Below, in pieces: positions 30,929-39,389 of a DNA stretch of 64,000 nt. The notes beneath the pieces were generated by a model. That model saw only the letters and a list, made by a program, of their open reading frames with translations. It had not been told where the DNA came from and ran no database searches. Numbering within the stretch: position 1 is the first letter of the stretch; each line of letters begins with the position of its first letter. The DNA comes from an uncultured virus (IMG/VR IMGVR_UViG_3300032288_003839) (lineage: Duplodnaviria; Heunggongvirae; Uroviricota; Caudoviricetes): IMG/VR virus record IMGVR_UViG_3300032288_003839; one strand, given 5' to 3'. Both the position numbers and the translations under genes were made by a program.

Positions 30929-31274
30929 AAAAGAAAGAGTAAGTTTAAATAGAGCTAAAAGAAGATCAGTTTGGTTATTTTTATTTTTAATGTTCTCACT
31001 TTACTGGATTAAAAATTTATATGAAGATATAGACTATATTAGAATAGATAAGTCATTCACACAGATTTCAATTAATGCTAAAGATAGCATTATAAATACC
31101 TTACATAAAAAGATAGATTCTCTTAAATTAGAACTAAGTAAACCTGTAGAAGTTGTTCCTCCTCCAAAACCAAAATGGGTTAAAAAGGACACATCACATG
31201 TTGATACTTTGAAAGTCAAATTAAAAGTAGATACTGTTGAATTAAAAACAGATACTTTAAATCCCTCAAATTAG
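30921..31274 (+). CDS. Membrane-anchored protein
   Basis: Basic N-terminus, TM helix, short coiled coil, PPPKP and repeated DS/DT motifs. Confidence 0.6.
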   Translation: MNRKERVSLNRAKRRSVWLFLFLMFSLYWIKNLYEDIDYIRIDKSFTQISINAKDSIINTLHKKIDSLKLELSKPVEVVPPPKPKWVKKDTSHVDTLKVKLKVDTVELKTDTLNPSN

Positions 31275-31285
31275 AGGGATTTTTT
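31261..31285 (+). terminator. Intrinsic terminator
   Basis: atccctc-aaatta-gagggat followed by a T-run. Confidence 0.75.
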
Positions 31286-31348
31286 ATTTTAAATCATTAA
31301 ACTTTTTTAAATGAGTGATATACAAATCATGATTTTTGTTAAATTTAA

Positions 31349-31861
31349 ATGAAAGAAAAAAGAAAACACAGAATAAACGGAGAAGTCCGCTTTCCTCAAG
31401 TTAGAGTTATTGGTGACGGTGAACCAAAATTAATGAGTTCATATGACGCTTTTCAATTAGCACAATCCCAAAATAAAGATCTCATTTTGATAAATGAGAA
31501 TCAAACAATACCTATTGTTAAAATTGAAGAGTATAATAAGTTTCTTTATACCTTAGAAAAATCTGAGAAGGAAAAGAAAAAGAACTCATCTAAGTCAGTT
31601 ACTAAAGAAATTCAATTAAGTCCCGAAATATCTGACCATGACCTCGGAACCAAATCTAGAAAAAGTAAAGAGTTTTTAGAAGATGGTAATAAGGTTAAAG
31701 TTGTCCTACAACTAAAAGGCAGACAGAAGGCAACTCCTGAAAGAGGTCAAATAGTTATGCTTAAATTTGTTACATTAGTTGAAGAACTTGGTGTCGCTGA
31801 AAGTCTTCCTAAATTAGAAGGAAGTAAATGGCATATGATTATAAAACCAAAGAAGAAGTAG
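31349..31861 (+). CDS. infC: Translation initiation factor IF-3
   Basis: HRINGEVRFPQVRVI; KEIQLSPEISDHDL.TK; FLEDGNKVKV.L..KGRQ. Confidence 0.92.
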   Translation: MKEKRKHRINGEVRFPQVRVIGDGEPKLMSSYDAFQLAQSQNKDLILINENQTIPIVKIEEYNKFLYTLEKSEKEKKKNSSKSVTKEIQLSPEISDHDLGTKSRKSKEFLEDGNKVKVVLQLKGRQKATPERGQIVMLKFVTLVEELGVAESLPKLEGSKWHMIIKPKKK

Positions 31862-32624
31862 ATTTTATAAAAGTCCAATAGTAGTCTTTTGATTCTCCCT
31901 TTTCAAAATATATCATAATCATCCTATGTGTTTTATTGGTAAATAAAATAACTTCATTTGTGTTGTTAAATTCAAAGACCTCTCCAGTCTTTTTAGAAAT
32001 AGCTTTTATATACTTATATTTAATCTTCTTCTCACTTAACTTTTTTATTACATCATCTCTTACCTCTTTTTTTCCTTTATTCCACGGATCTCTTCCTATA
32101 TTTTTTAATCTAACCTTTTCAGAAACATCTGGATTGTGCATTGGATTATTCAATTTAAGTCTATCTGATATTTTTTTCTTAGTGGATTCTTTTAATTTTT
32201 TCCCCCAATTTGGATGTCTATCTCCTTTAAGTGACATCTTATATCTTGATTTTTTAGAATGAACTAATCCAGTTACTCCCTCTCCACCATTAACTAAGTT
32301 AACAAGAGGTCCTTTACTATCAATTCTTTTACCTATCTTATTAATTAATAGTATTTCTTTATCAAATGACTCTTGTTCAGTTAGATTTTCATATAATTTA
32401 AAAACAATAGGATCATATCCTGATTTTATAATTTTATTTATCCTATTTGACATAAAGTTTTTTTTCTTTAATTTATAATCTTTCATGTGAATAGTATCTC
32501 TACTGTTATGTCCCTTTTCTATATAGAAAGGCTCATATAAAAAAGAAAAATTCAAACCATCATAATAATATGAACCTTTCTTTGATGGGTCCATATAAAC
32601 ATATACATAAAATTTATTTTCCAT
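31839..32624 (-). mobile_element. Free-standing GIY-YIG homing endonuclease with NUMOD3-like repeats
   Basis: FYVYVY...PFYIEKG..R; E..LI..IG....GPLVN...GGEG; HSKKSRYKMS, HPNWGKKLKESTKKKIS and PWNKGK motifs. Confidence 0.8.
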
Positions 32625-32720
32625 ATATTATATATTAAATTATCATAACTCCCTACAACTAATAAGTTATTTTTATAAACTTTTAATAAATAAAATGATA
32701 AAACAATTAATATAGCAAAC

Positions 32721-34188
32721 ATGACAAAACAAGAAAAAATAGAAAAAATAGAGTCATTAAAAAAAAGAGCTAGTGAGCTGAAGAAGGAAGTTGATTATTT
32801 CAACGCTCTTCAGCTTGCTGGATAACCCCCTCTGATTTATCAGAGGGGGTAAATGAGCACTTAAATTAGTACTTAATGGTTCTTATGGAGCATTCGCTAC
32901 GTCCTACTTCATATTATATAATAACCATGTAGCAGGAACAATCACTGCTCAAGGCCGTGACCTTACAAAAACAATGGATAAGGTTAATGAAGACTATTGG
33001 TATAACCAATGGCAGAATGACCACGAGCTTCATTATAAAATGGGTATTAAGAACATAACACCTATTTCAAAAGATGAACCAGTTTCTATTTATGCTGACA
33101 CCGATTCATTATTTGTTTCATTCAAACCAGCAGTAGACCATTGTGATTGGTTGAATTTAGTATTCAATGATGAATTTCTTAATTCAATGGATAAAAAGTT
33201 TATTATACTTTCTAAAGAACTTCCAAAGTTCAATAATACTAACTGTGTAGGAACTGCACATAATATTAAAGAGTTTACCGACTTATTGAGTACAGAACAT
33301 GAATTGGTTTTAATATGTGGTAACTTTGTTAAAGATAGAGAGTTAGTAAAGATGATTAAGTCTGGTTCTGTAAAGAATGAGATAAAATGGAACTGGTCTA
33401 ATGAAATAGATTTCATACAAGGATTAGACCATTATAGATATGGTGGTTACTTTAAAAAGTGTTTAGAGGATTATGCTGGATCATTTGGTGTGGAAAACAA
33501 AGAAGACTTTGAGTTAGAAAGAATATCAGAATCTATTATCAATATTGCTAAAAAGAAATACATTCAACATATTTTATTTGAAGATGGTATTCCGTATGAT
33601 AGATTGAGTTATATTTATCCTAAAGGTGTAGAACTTGTTAGGTCATCTACTCCAGCATTTGCTAGAGATAAAATTGTAGGAATTGTTAAATATCTATTTA
33701 CACATCCAGATACTTTTAATATCAAAGACTTACTAAAATTAGTAAAAGGTTTAAGAAAAGAATTTGAATTGGCTGATATAGATGATATTTGTATGCAATC
33801 TTCTGTTTCTAATTATGAAACAAAAGTTCTTAATGACAAATCATTGCCTTTAGGATTTATAAGTGGTGCTCACTTCGCGGTTAAGTCAGCTGCACATCAC
33901 AACTTTCTTTTATCAAAAAGTAAAGAGTATCAACAAAAATATGAATTCATTAAATCAGGTCACAAGATTAAATACTATTGTTGTAAAGATAAATCAGTAA
34001 CTGATATGTTTGCTTATACACGCGGCTCTTTTCCAGTAGAGTTTGCTCCTCCTATAGACTATGATGAACAGTTCGCTAAATCTATCTTGTCTCCTATCAA
34101 TTCAATTATTGAACCATTAGGAATGCCTGAGATTACTAAAAGGTTGTCAGTTGTGATGGATATTTTTGGGGGTAAAGGAGGTTTCTAA
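32721..34188 (+). CDS. Family B DNA polymerase, C-terminal subunit (fingers-palm-thumb), interrupted by a 40-nt insert; predicted 475 aa if the insert is skipped
   Basis: 32721-32819 encodes MTKQ...YFNALQLA. 32860 onward (+1 frame) encodes LKLVLNGSYGAF...ITAQGR...YADTDS...KKKY...KGVELVRSSTP. No exonuclease domain or motif A. Confidence 0.85.
32820..32859 (+). other. 40-nt non-coding insert with a perfect hairpin inside polymerase motif B (candidate ribosomal bypass element)
   Basis: GGA TAA, then accccctctga-ttta-tcagagggggt, then AAATGA GCA; both relevant frames are blocked by stops. Confidence 0.7.
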
Positions 34189-34991
34189 TCCTCTTTATAA
34201 ACAAAATTCTTATCAGGTATTAAATAGTAATTAACACCATTCTCATCTAATTGAGTTTTAATATCTTTTCCTTTGAATATCCAATTACCTAATTTCTTAT
34301 TTGTATCAGATATTAAAACTAAATAATGTGTTTTGATTTCTGTGAAATATCCACTTATATAAACTTTATAAAAATCATCTTCTTTAGTAATTGAAGAAAG
34401 TGTTTTTGTTTGTATAGTATAAGTACTTCCTTTATAATTAAAAGTACCATCAATACCAGCAATATCAACTTTATGAGAAGATGGTTTATCAATTGATATA
34501 TCTGTTTTAAGTATTTGAGATGCAAATTTAGAGAAGAATGTATTTGCTATTTCTTCTTGTGATTGACCTTTATCTGAAGCTCCTTCTAAAATTTTATAGA
34601 TTCTTTCAAACCACTTACCACCAGGTTCAAATAGTTTGAACTTATTAGTCTCGATCCAATCAATCATACCATCAGGTGTTGAGAATGTAGGTCTACCATT
34701 ATCTATTTCATTAGCAATTCTAATCATCTCCCAAAGTATTGCAATATTCTTTTGGGCTTTTGTTAATAACTCAGCTCTAACTTCTCTTCCTTTATGAATT
34801 AGAATTTCATTACCTCTGAAATTACCATAGATTTCTTTTAATATTCTTCTAATAGCTAACTCTTTTTTCTCTGCTTTTTCTTCAGTGAATAAGATAGGTT
34901 TACCAGCTATAAACAACTTAACTGGTTTATATGAAGCTTTATATTTATCATTATAAGCTTCTTTTATAAAGTTTGAGTAATTTTTAATCAT
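34185..34991 (-). CDS. Hypothetical protein with possible PD-(D/E)xK-like C-domain
   Basis: DIAGIDG...IQTK; N-terminus MIKNYSNFIKE. Confidence 0.55.
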   Translation of the reverse strand: MIKNYSNFIKEAYNDKYKASYKPVKLFIAGKPILFTEEKAEKKELAIRRILKEIYGNFRGNEILIHKGREVRAELLTKAQKNIAILWEMIRIANEIDNGRPTFSTPDGMIDWIETNKFKLFEPGGKWFERIYKILEGASDKGQSQEEIANTFFSKFASQILKTDISIDKPSSHKVDIAGIDGTFNYKGSTYTIQTKTLSSITKEDDFYKVYISGYFTEIKTHYLVLISDTNKKLGNWIFKGKDIKTQLDENGVNYYLIPDKNFVYKED

Positions 34992-35022
34992 AATGTATAT
35001 ATAAAATCAGGATATATAAATT

Positions 35023-35253
35023 ATGAAAAATGATGAATTATATCCAGAATTTATTACTTATTTAGATAGTCAGGTAAATGAGGGAAGAATTAGTAAAAAT
35101 AAATTCGCTCTTTTGAAAATTAGCCATTCTTATTTTCAGACATTTAAAACAAAGTTTGAAATAGATGAACTTTTTAGGGAAAGAGTTATAAAACTACGTA
35201 AGTCTGAAATAAGAGACAAAAAAATTGATGATATATTTGATGACCTTGATTGA
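35023..35253 (+). CDS. Hypothetical protein
   Basis: C-terminal IRDKKIDDIF; TATATA 4 nt before the ATG. Confidence 0.6.
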   Translation: MKNDELYPEFITYLDSQVNEGRISKNKFALLKISHSYFQTFKTKFEIDELFRERVIKLRKSEIRDKKIDDIFDDLD

Positions 35254-35653
35254 TAAAATGACTTTAGGTGATATAAATGTTAAATTCTATAAAGGAATAG
35301 ACTTTGATATTTTACTAAATCATCCAAAAGACGGTTCTAATGGTTTTATTTATTGTTTTATAGATAACTGGGTAAGTGAAATTAAGGTTTACAATAGACA
35401 AAGAAAAATATTATCTGTGATTGATGATGTTAAATACAAAGAGTTTGATTGGAGTAATATAGATAACAAATACATATGTATTTATCAAACTGATGGAATT
35501 GGTATAGATATATTATATCAAGCTATTAGAGAGAAAGTTATAAGCAATCATATACCAACCTCATCATATTTACATTTAACAGAGTATAATGATAAAGGAA
35601 TTGTGAAATCAGGAGGAGCTATTAAGATAGAAAATAGAAAAATAGATGATTAG
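35225..35653 (+). CDS. Hypothetical protein (start uncertain)
   Basis: ORF in a co-oriented run. Confidence 0.55.
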   Translation: MMIYLMTLIDKMTLGDINVKFYKGIDFDILLNHPKDGSNGFIYCFIDNWVSEIKVYNRQRKILSVIDDVKYKEFDWSNIDNKYICIYQTDGIGIDILYQAIREKVISNHIPTSSYLHLTEYNDKGIVKSGGAIKIENRKIDD

Positions 35654-35671
35654 GAATAAATATATATCATA

Positions 35672-36148
35672 ATGATTATGAAACATCTAATGAGATATGA
35701 GGGATATACTTCCAAAGAAAGAACTGATGATATTTTAGATAAAATATCTAAGTATGGTATTGGATCATTGACACAAGATGAATTAGATTTTTTAAATTCA
35801 CACAAGACTGGTAAGGAAGAAGAGTTTCATGATAAAATAGCAAAGAAAGAACAAGAAACAGTATTTGAAGATGATAGTGGATATTTCAAATTTGAACACA
35901 AGGAAACTGAAGTATTTGATGATGAGATACATTATATAGGAACTATTTATGTTCCAGATTTAGAACTACCAAATGGTAAAAGAATTGAAGGTAGATTAGA
36001 TGGTAAGATAATAGTTTATAAGAATGGGCAAAACTCACCAGAGTTTGAGAAAGATGACTATGATATATTTGAATTTTGTAATGGATTAGAATATGAACTT
36101 GATAATTTTGTTGACTATGTTGTTGGTGAATTAGAGGAAAAAAACTAA
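35672..36148 (+). CDS. Hypothetical protein with DUF6576-like motif
   Basis: DDILDKISKYGIGSLTQDELDFL near the N-terminus. Confidence 0.6.
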   Translation: MIMKHLMRYEGYTSKERTDDILDKISKYGIGSLTQDELDFLNSHKTGKEEEFHDKIAKKEQETVFEDDSGYFKFEHKETEVFDDEIHYIGTIYVPDLELPNGKRIEGRLDGKIIVYKNGQNSPEFEKDDYDIFEFCNGLEYELDNFVDYVVGELEEKN

Positions 36149-36199
36149 TATTTCAATTTTAATATATATAATCTATAATATAAAAAATAATTTAATATC

Positions 36200-36793
36200 A
36201 TGATTAAAAGATATGACGCTTTTGTTAAAGGTAAAGTAAATGAAGAGTTCATAATGGCTGAACCTAAAACAAGTCCAAGTACTCCTGAGGTTGCACCAGG
36301 AACAACTGAGAAACCAGGCACAATGCCTCAACCTCCAAGTCCAATTAGAAGAGAAAGAATTTCTCCAGTTCCAGCTCCAGCTAAAATGGAAGTTGAAATG
36401 GAAAATGAACCAATGGAAGAAGAAGGTAGTGAATATATGGGTGGACAAATGTTACAAAATTTAGCTGATGCTTTAGGAACAGAAGTTGTTGATAACTCAG
36501 TTGAATATAATGGTAAAAAGATTAACTTCTACTCAGAAACAGAAATGTTTCACGTTGATAAAAAGAAATTCAAAACTGTTGAAGAAGTTGTTGATTACTT
36601 AGAATCTAGTGCACCTGCTGAAGAAACTGAAGTAAAAGATCATTCTCCTTCAAAAGAAGACATGGATGAATTAATGGCAGCTCATGATGAAGATGATTTC
36701 ATTAAAGATGAAGAAGAGGAAGAAGAAAAATTTGAATCTAAGAGTTACAAATCAACAAGAAAGTTTGAAAGTTTTAAGAATAAAAAGAAATAA
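36200..36793 (+). CDS. Acidic/Pro-rich protein (possible head scaffold or internal protein)
   Basis: MIKRYDAF..KVNEE start; KFES repeats at the C-terminus. Confidence 0.55.
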   Translation: MIKRYDAFVKGKVNEEFIMAEPKTSPSTPEVAPGTTEKPGTMPQPPSPIRRERISPVPAPAKMEVEMENEPMEEEGSEYMGGQMLQNLADALGTEVVDNSVEYNGKKINFYSETEMFHVDKKKFKTVEEVVDYLESSAPAEETEVKDHSPSKEDMDELMAAHDEDDFIKDEEEEEEKFESKSYKSTRKFESFKNKKK

Positions 36794-36826
36794 AAAAAAC
36801 CCACTCAATTGAGTGGGTTTTTTTTT
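36793..36826. terminator. Bidirectional intrinsic terminator
   Basis: A-run, cccactcaattgagtggg palindrome, T-run. Confidence 0.85.
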
Positions 36827-36832
36827 GATAGA

Positions 36833-37129
36833 TTATTTAGTTTGTTCAGTCGACTCTGCGTTGTGTTTAGCAACAGATACTTTACTTCCTGTAAAGTTCT
36901 TATAACCAATTAAAGCAGCACCAATCATTGTAAAAGCCACAGCTTGATTAATTACATCCATACTTTTATCAATAAACATTTTATCAACCACACCAAGTAA
37001 AAATGATAAGCAACCAATAGTTACAATCATAAATCCAGCAGTGGATGTTACAGATGTTTTTCCATCAGGATTAGAAGTCATTTCACCAAATGACCACTTT
37101 TTAATGTCTCCAATTTTAGGTAAATTCAT
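36833..37129 (-). CDS. Small two-TM membrane protein (holin candidate)
   Basis: 98 aa with two hydrophobic helices. Confidence 0.5.
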   Translation of the reverse strand: MNLPKIGDIKKWSFGEMTSNPDGKTSVTSTAGFMIVTIGCLSFLLGVVDKMFIDKSMDVINQAVAFTMIGAALIGYKNFTGSKVSVAKHNAESTEQTK

Positions 37130-37209
37130 AGTGATATTATTATTTTTTATAAGATATATATAATTTTAGGAAAGTAACATTTTTCAATATATAACTTATT
37201 GAAAAAATT

Positions 37210-37683
37210 ATGACATTAATAAGAATACTAAAATTTCTATATACATCAGAACATTCACACTTCTTATCAGTAGATAAGGACTTTTACTCCAGGTGGAAAT
37301 TGATTATCAAAGGAGCAGTAGCACTAAATAAAAACTATAAATCATGTGAGATTTATAGAAAGAAATACAAAATGATGGAAGATTTTGTAGTTATTGGGCT
37401 TAAATACAATGGTAAAAATGTTAAAAGAAGAACTAGCGGATACGCTAAAGAATTTATAGAACAACACAAAGATGCAAAATGTCTTTACTGTGAAACTAAA
37501 CTAAATGATAGAAATGCTACAGCAGATCATATAGTTCCGATATCTGACGGTGGTAATAACTGTCAAGTTAACTTAATAGTTTGTTGTAAAGATTGTAATA
37601 ATGAAAGAGGTAATATAGATTTTAAAACTTATATTTCAATGAAAAATAAGAAATATAAAAATATAAATAAATTGTTTATTTAA
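37210..37683 (+). CDS. HNH endonuclease
   Basis: CLYC...TADHIVP.S.GG.N...NLIVCC..CN..RG. Confidence 0.88.
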   Translation: MTLIRILKFLYTSEHSHFLSVDKDFYSRWKLIIKGAVALNKNYKSCEIYRKKYKMMEDFVVIGLKYNGKNVKRRTSGYAKEFIEQHKDAKCLYCETKLNDRNATADHIVPISDGGNNCQVNLIVCCKDCNNERGNIDFKTYISMKNKKYKNINKLFI

Positions 37684-37878
37684 TTATCTCCAAGTGAGAT
37701 GTTTATACTTATCTCTGAATGTATCTGAAGTAGTTACAGTTGTTAATCTTTTATATTCTTTTTCAGAATAAATTCTATTAGCACCTTTTAACTTATAGTA
37801 GATTCTACCATTTGATCCTTCTCTATATAACCAACGGCCATCTATGTTTGTCCAACCTATATCTGGTAAAATTATCAT
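37684..37878 (-). CDS. Small hypothetical protein
   Basis: TTAATATATA 4 nt before the ATG. Confidence 0.55.
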   Translation of the reverse strand: MIILPDIGWTNIDGRWLYREGSNGRIYYKLKGANRIYSEKEYKRLTTVTTSDTFRDKYKHLTWR

Positions 37879-37898
37879 AATCTATATATTAATATAAA

Positions 37899-39092
37899 TT
37901 AAAGATTTTTTATTGAATCAAACTTTTTATTGTAATCTGCAGCTTCTACATCTCTTTTCTTTTTCCTAAACTTTGGAATCCATTTGATGTCTAATACATC
38001 TTTACTGAAGAAGTCTTCTAAATTCAATTTTTTATAGGGATTTGGTACTAATTCTGCTAACTTATTAATATCTTTTACTTTACTTATTCTATGTAATAAT
38101 CTAAAAGGATCTTCTACATTCTTTTTATCAACAATATCTTCAAATAACTTTTTCCATAAAAAAACAGGAAATCCTTCTTTTATTTTTTCTTCTGACTTTT
38201 TATAACCAGCTTCATCATTATCAAAAAAATACTGGATATCCAAGTTATTGTCTTCTAAAAATCTATAATCAGTATTAACACCAACTAATCCAATAGAATT
38301 TGGAAAGAATAGAGAATCTAAATAACCTTCAAATACTGTTATCCTTTCACCTAAATCAACATTTAAAATATTAAAGTAGTAAGATAACTTATTATAAATA
38401 ACTAATTCACTAATATCTGGTTCGGGTAAGTCTTTACCAAGACTAACCCATTCAAGTAAGTTTTCATAGTTATAAATTTTAAAGCTACGACGCTTACCTT
38501 CTTTTAGATTGCGAGTTTGCATTCCTAAAACTTTATTACCTCTTCTATTCAATGAAACTATAATCCATTCAGATTCGTCTTCATTCTTCCAGTATTTAGC
38601 TTGATAGATATTAGTATGATATTCAGGTGGTATTCCTCTTCCGACTAAATATTTATAAACACCACCATTTACTTGTATAGGTTTGAAGTCTGATATAGGT
38701 GTTAAGTCAGCACTAAAAACTCTTTCTAGTTCGGTCAAATCAATTAGATTTTCAAACTTAGCATCAACGAAGTCACCTTGATAGTCTGAATAATTCATAA
38801 CACTATTTAAGTGTTCAATCATTTCTAACTTTTTATCAGGGTCTAGTTGCTCATTGAAATCCTTGCACATTCTATCAAATGTGGTTTTCTTATCACAGTT
38901 GAAGCAAATAAAGATTAAACGGTTGTAATAAAGGTTACCTCTTTTAGCATGATTATTTTTATGACTATCTCCACAATAAGGACAAGCCATATTGATCCTA
39001 TCTACATAGTCAACCGCCTTTCTCTTACTTTGATTAGAAAATTCTTTGTTAAGAATATTCTGAATCATATTTCTGATATAAACCTTATCCAT
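37899..39092 (-). CDS. DNA primase (T4 gp61-like)
   Basis: CPYCGDS...CFNC zinc finger; TOPRIM VFEGYLDSLF and FDNDEAG; KDIN. Confidence 0.88.
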   Translation of the reverse strand: MDKVYIRNMIQNILNKEFSNQSKRKAVDYVDRINMACPYCGDSHKNNHAKRGNLYYNRLIFICFNCDKKTTFDRMCKDFNEQLDPDKKLEMIEHLNSVMNYSDYQGDFVDAKFENLIDLTELERVFSADLTPISDFKPIQVNGGVYKYLVGRGIPPEYHTNIYQAKYWKNEDESEWIIVSLNRRGNKVLGMQTRNLKEGKRRSFKIYNYENLLEWVSLGKDLPEPDISELVIYNKLSYYFNILNVDLGERITVFEGYLDSLFFPNSIGLVGVNTDYRFLEDNNLDIQYFFDNDEAGYKKSEEKIKEGFPVFLWKKLFEDIVDKKNVEDPFRLLHRISKVKDINKLAELVPNPYKKLNLEDFFSKDVLDIKWIPKFRKKKRDVEAADYNKKFDSIKNL

Positions 39093-39152
39093 AATACATG
39101 ATATTAAATAAACTTATTTAAGTTTTAAGTTATAATTTAGTATATTTGTATT

Positions 39153-39389
39153 ATGAATTTAAAAGAACTATATGAAAGCAGGAGAGATGTTAGAGAATCT
39201 GATATTCCAAATGAATGGAAAGAAAGCTTTAATCAATTTATGATGGGTCAGACTTGTCAAGCAGAAACTAATGAAGATGGTTCCGTAAAAGAATTTATTT
39301 ATTACTTTCACGACTTCAGTAGATGGTATTATATGAATCAACAAACAATAGAAAGAGATATTAAAATTGATGATATATTAGAAAATTAA
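39153..39389 (+). CDS. Hypothetical protein
   Basis: TATATTTG 4 nt upstream; C-terminal RDIKIDDILEN. Confidence 0.65.
   Translation: MNLKELYESRRDVRESDIPNEWKESFNQFMMGQTCQAETNEDGSVKEFIYYFHDFSRWYYMNQQTIERDIKIDDILEN

Noticed and set aside
32823..32856. Stop-codon reassignment or a simple frameshift as the explanation for the polymerase break
   Set aside because: TAA, TAG and TGA all terminate genes in this window and ORFs are intact in code 11. A +1 shift near the TAA would still meet TGA at 32833 and 32854 and would add 13 residues inside motif B.
32820..32859. Insert as a group I/II intron or as a terminator
   Set aside because: It is far too short for a ribozyme core, and no frame-restoring 40-nt excision gives both a 5' exon ending in U and an intron ending in G. 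The hairpin resembles the terminator at 28291 but lacks a U-tract on either strand.
33120..33420. Intein in the polymerase after YADTDS
   Set aside because: There is no Cys/Ser start paired with a His-Asn-(C/S/T) end, and the segment is short. Treated as an ordinary insertion.
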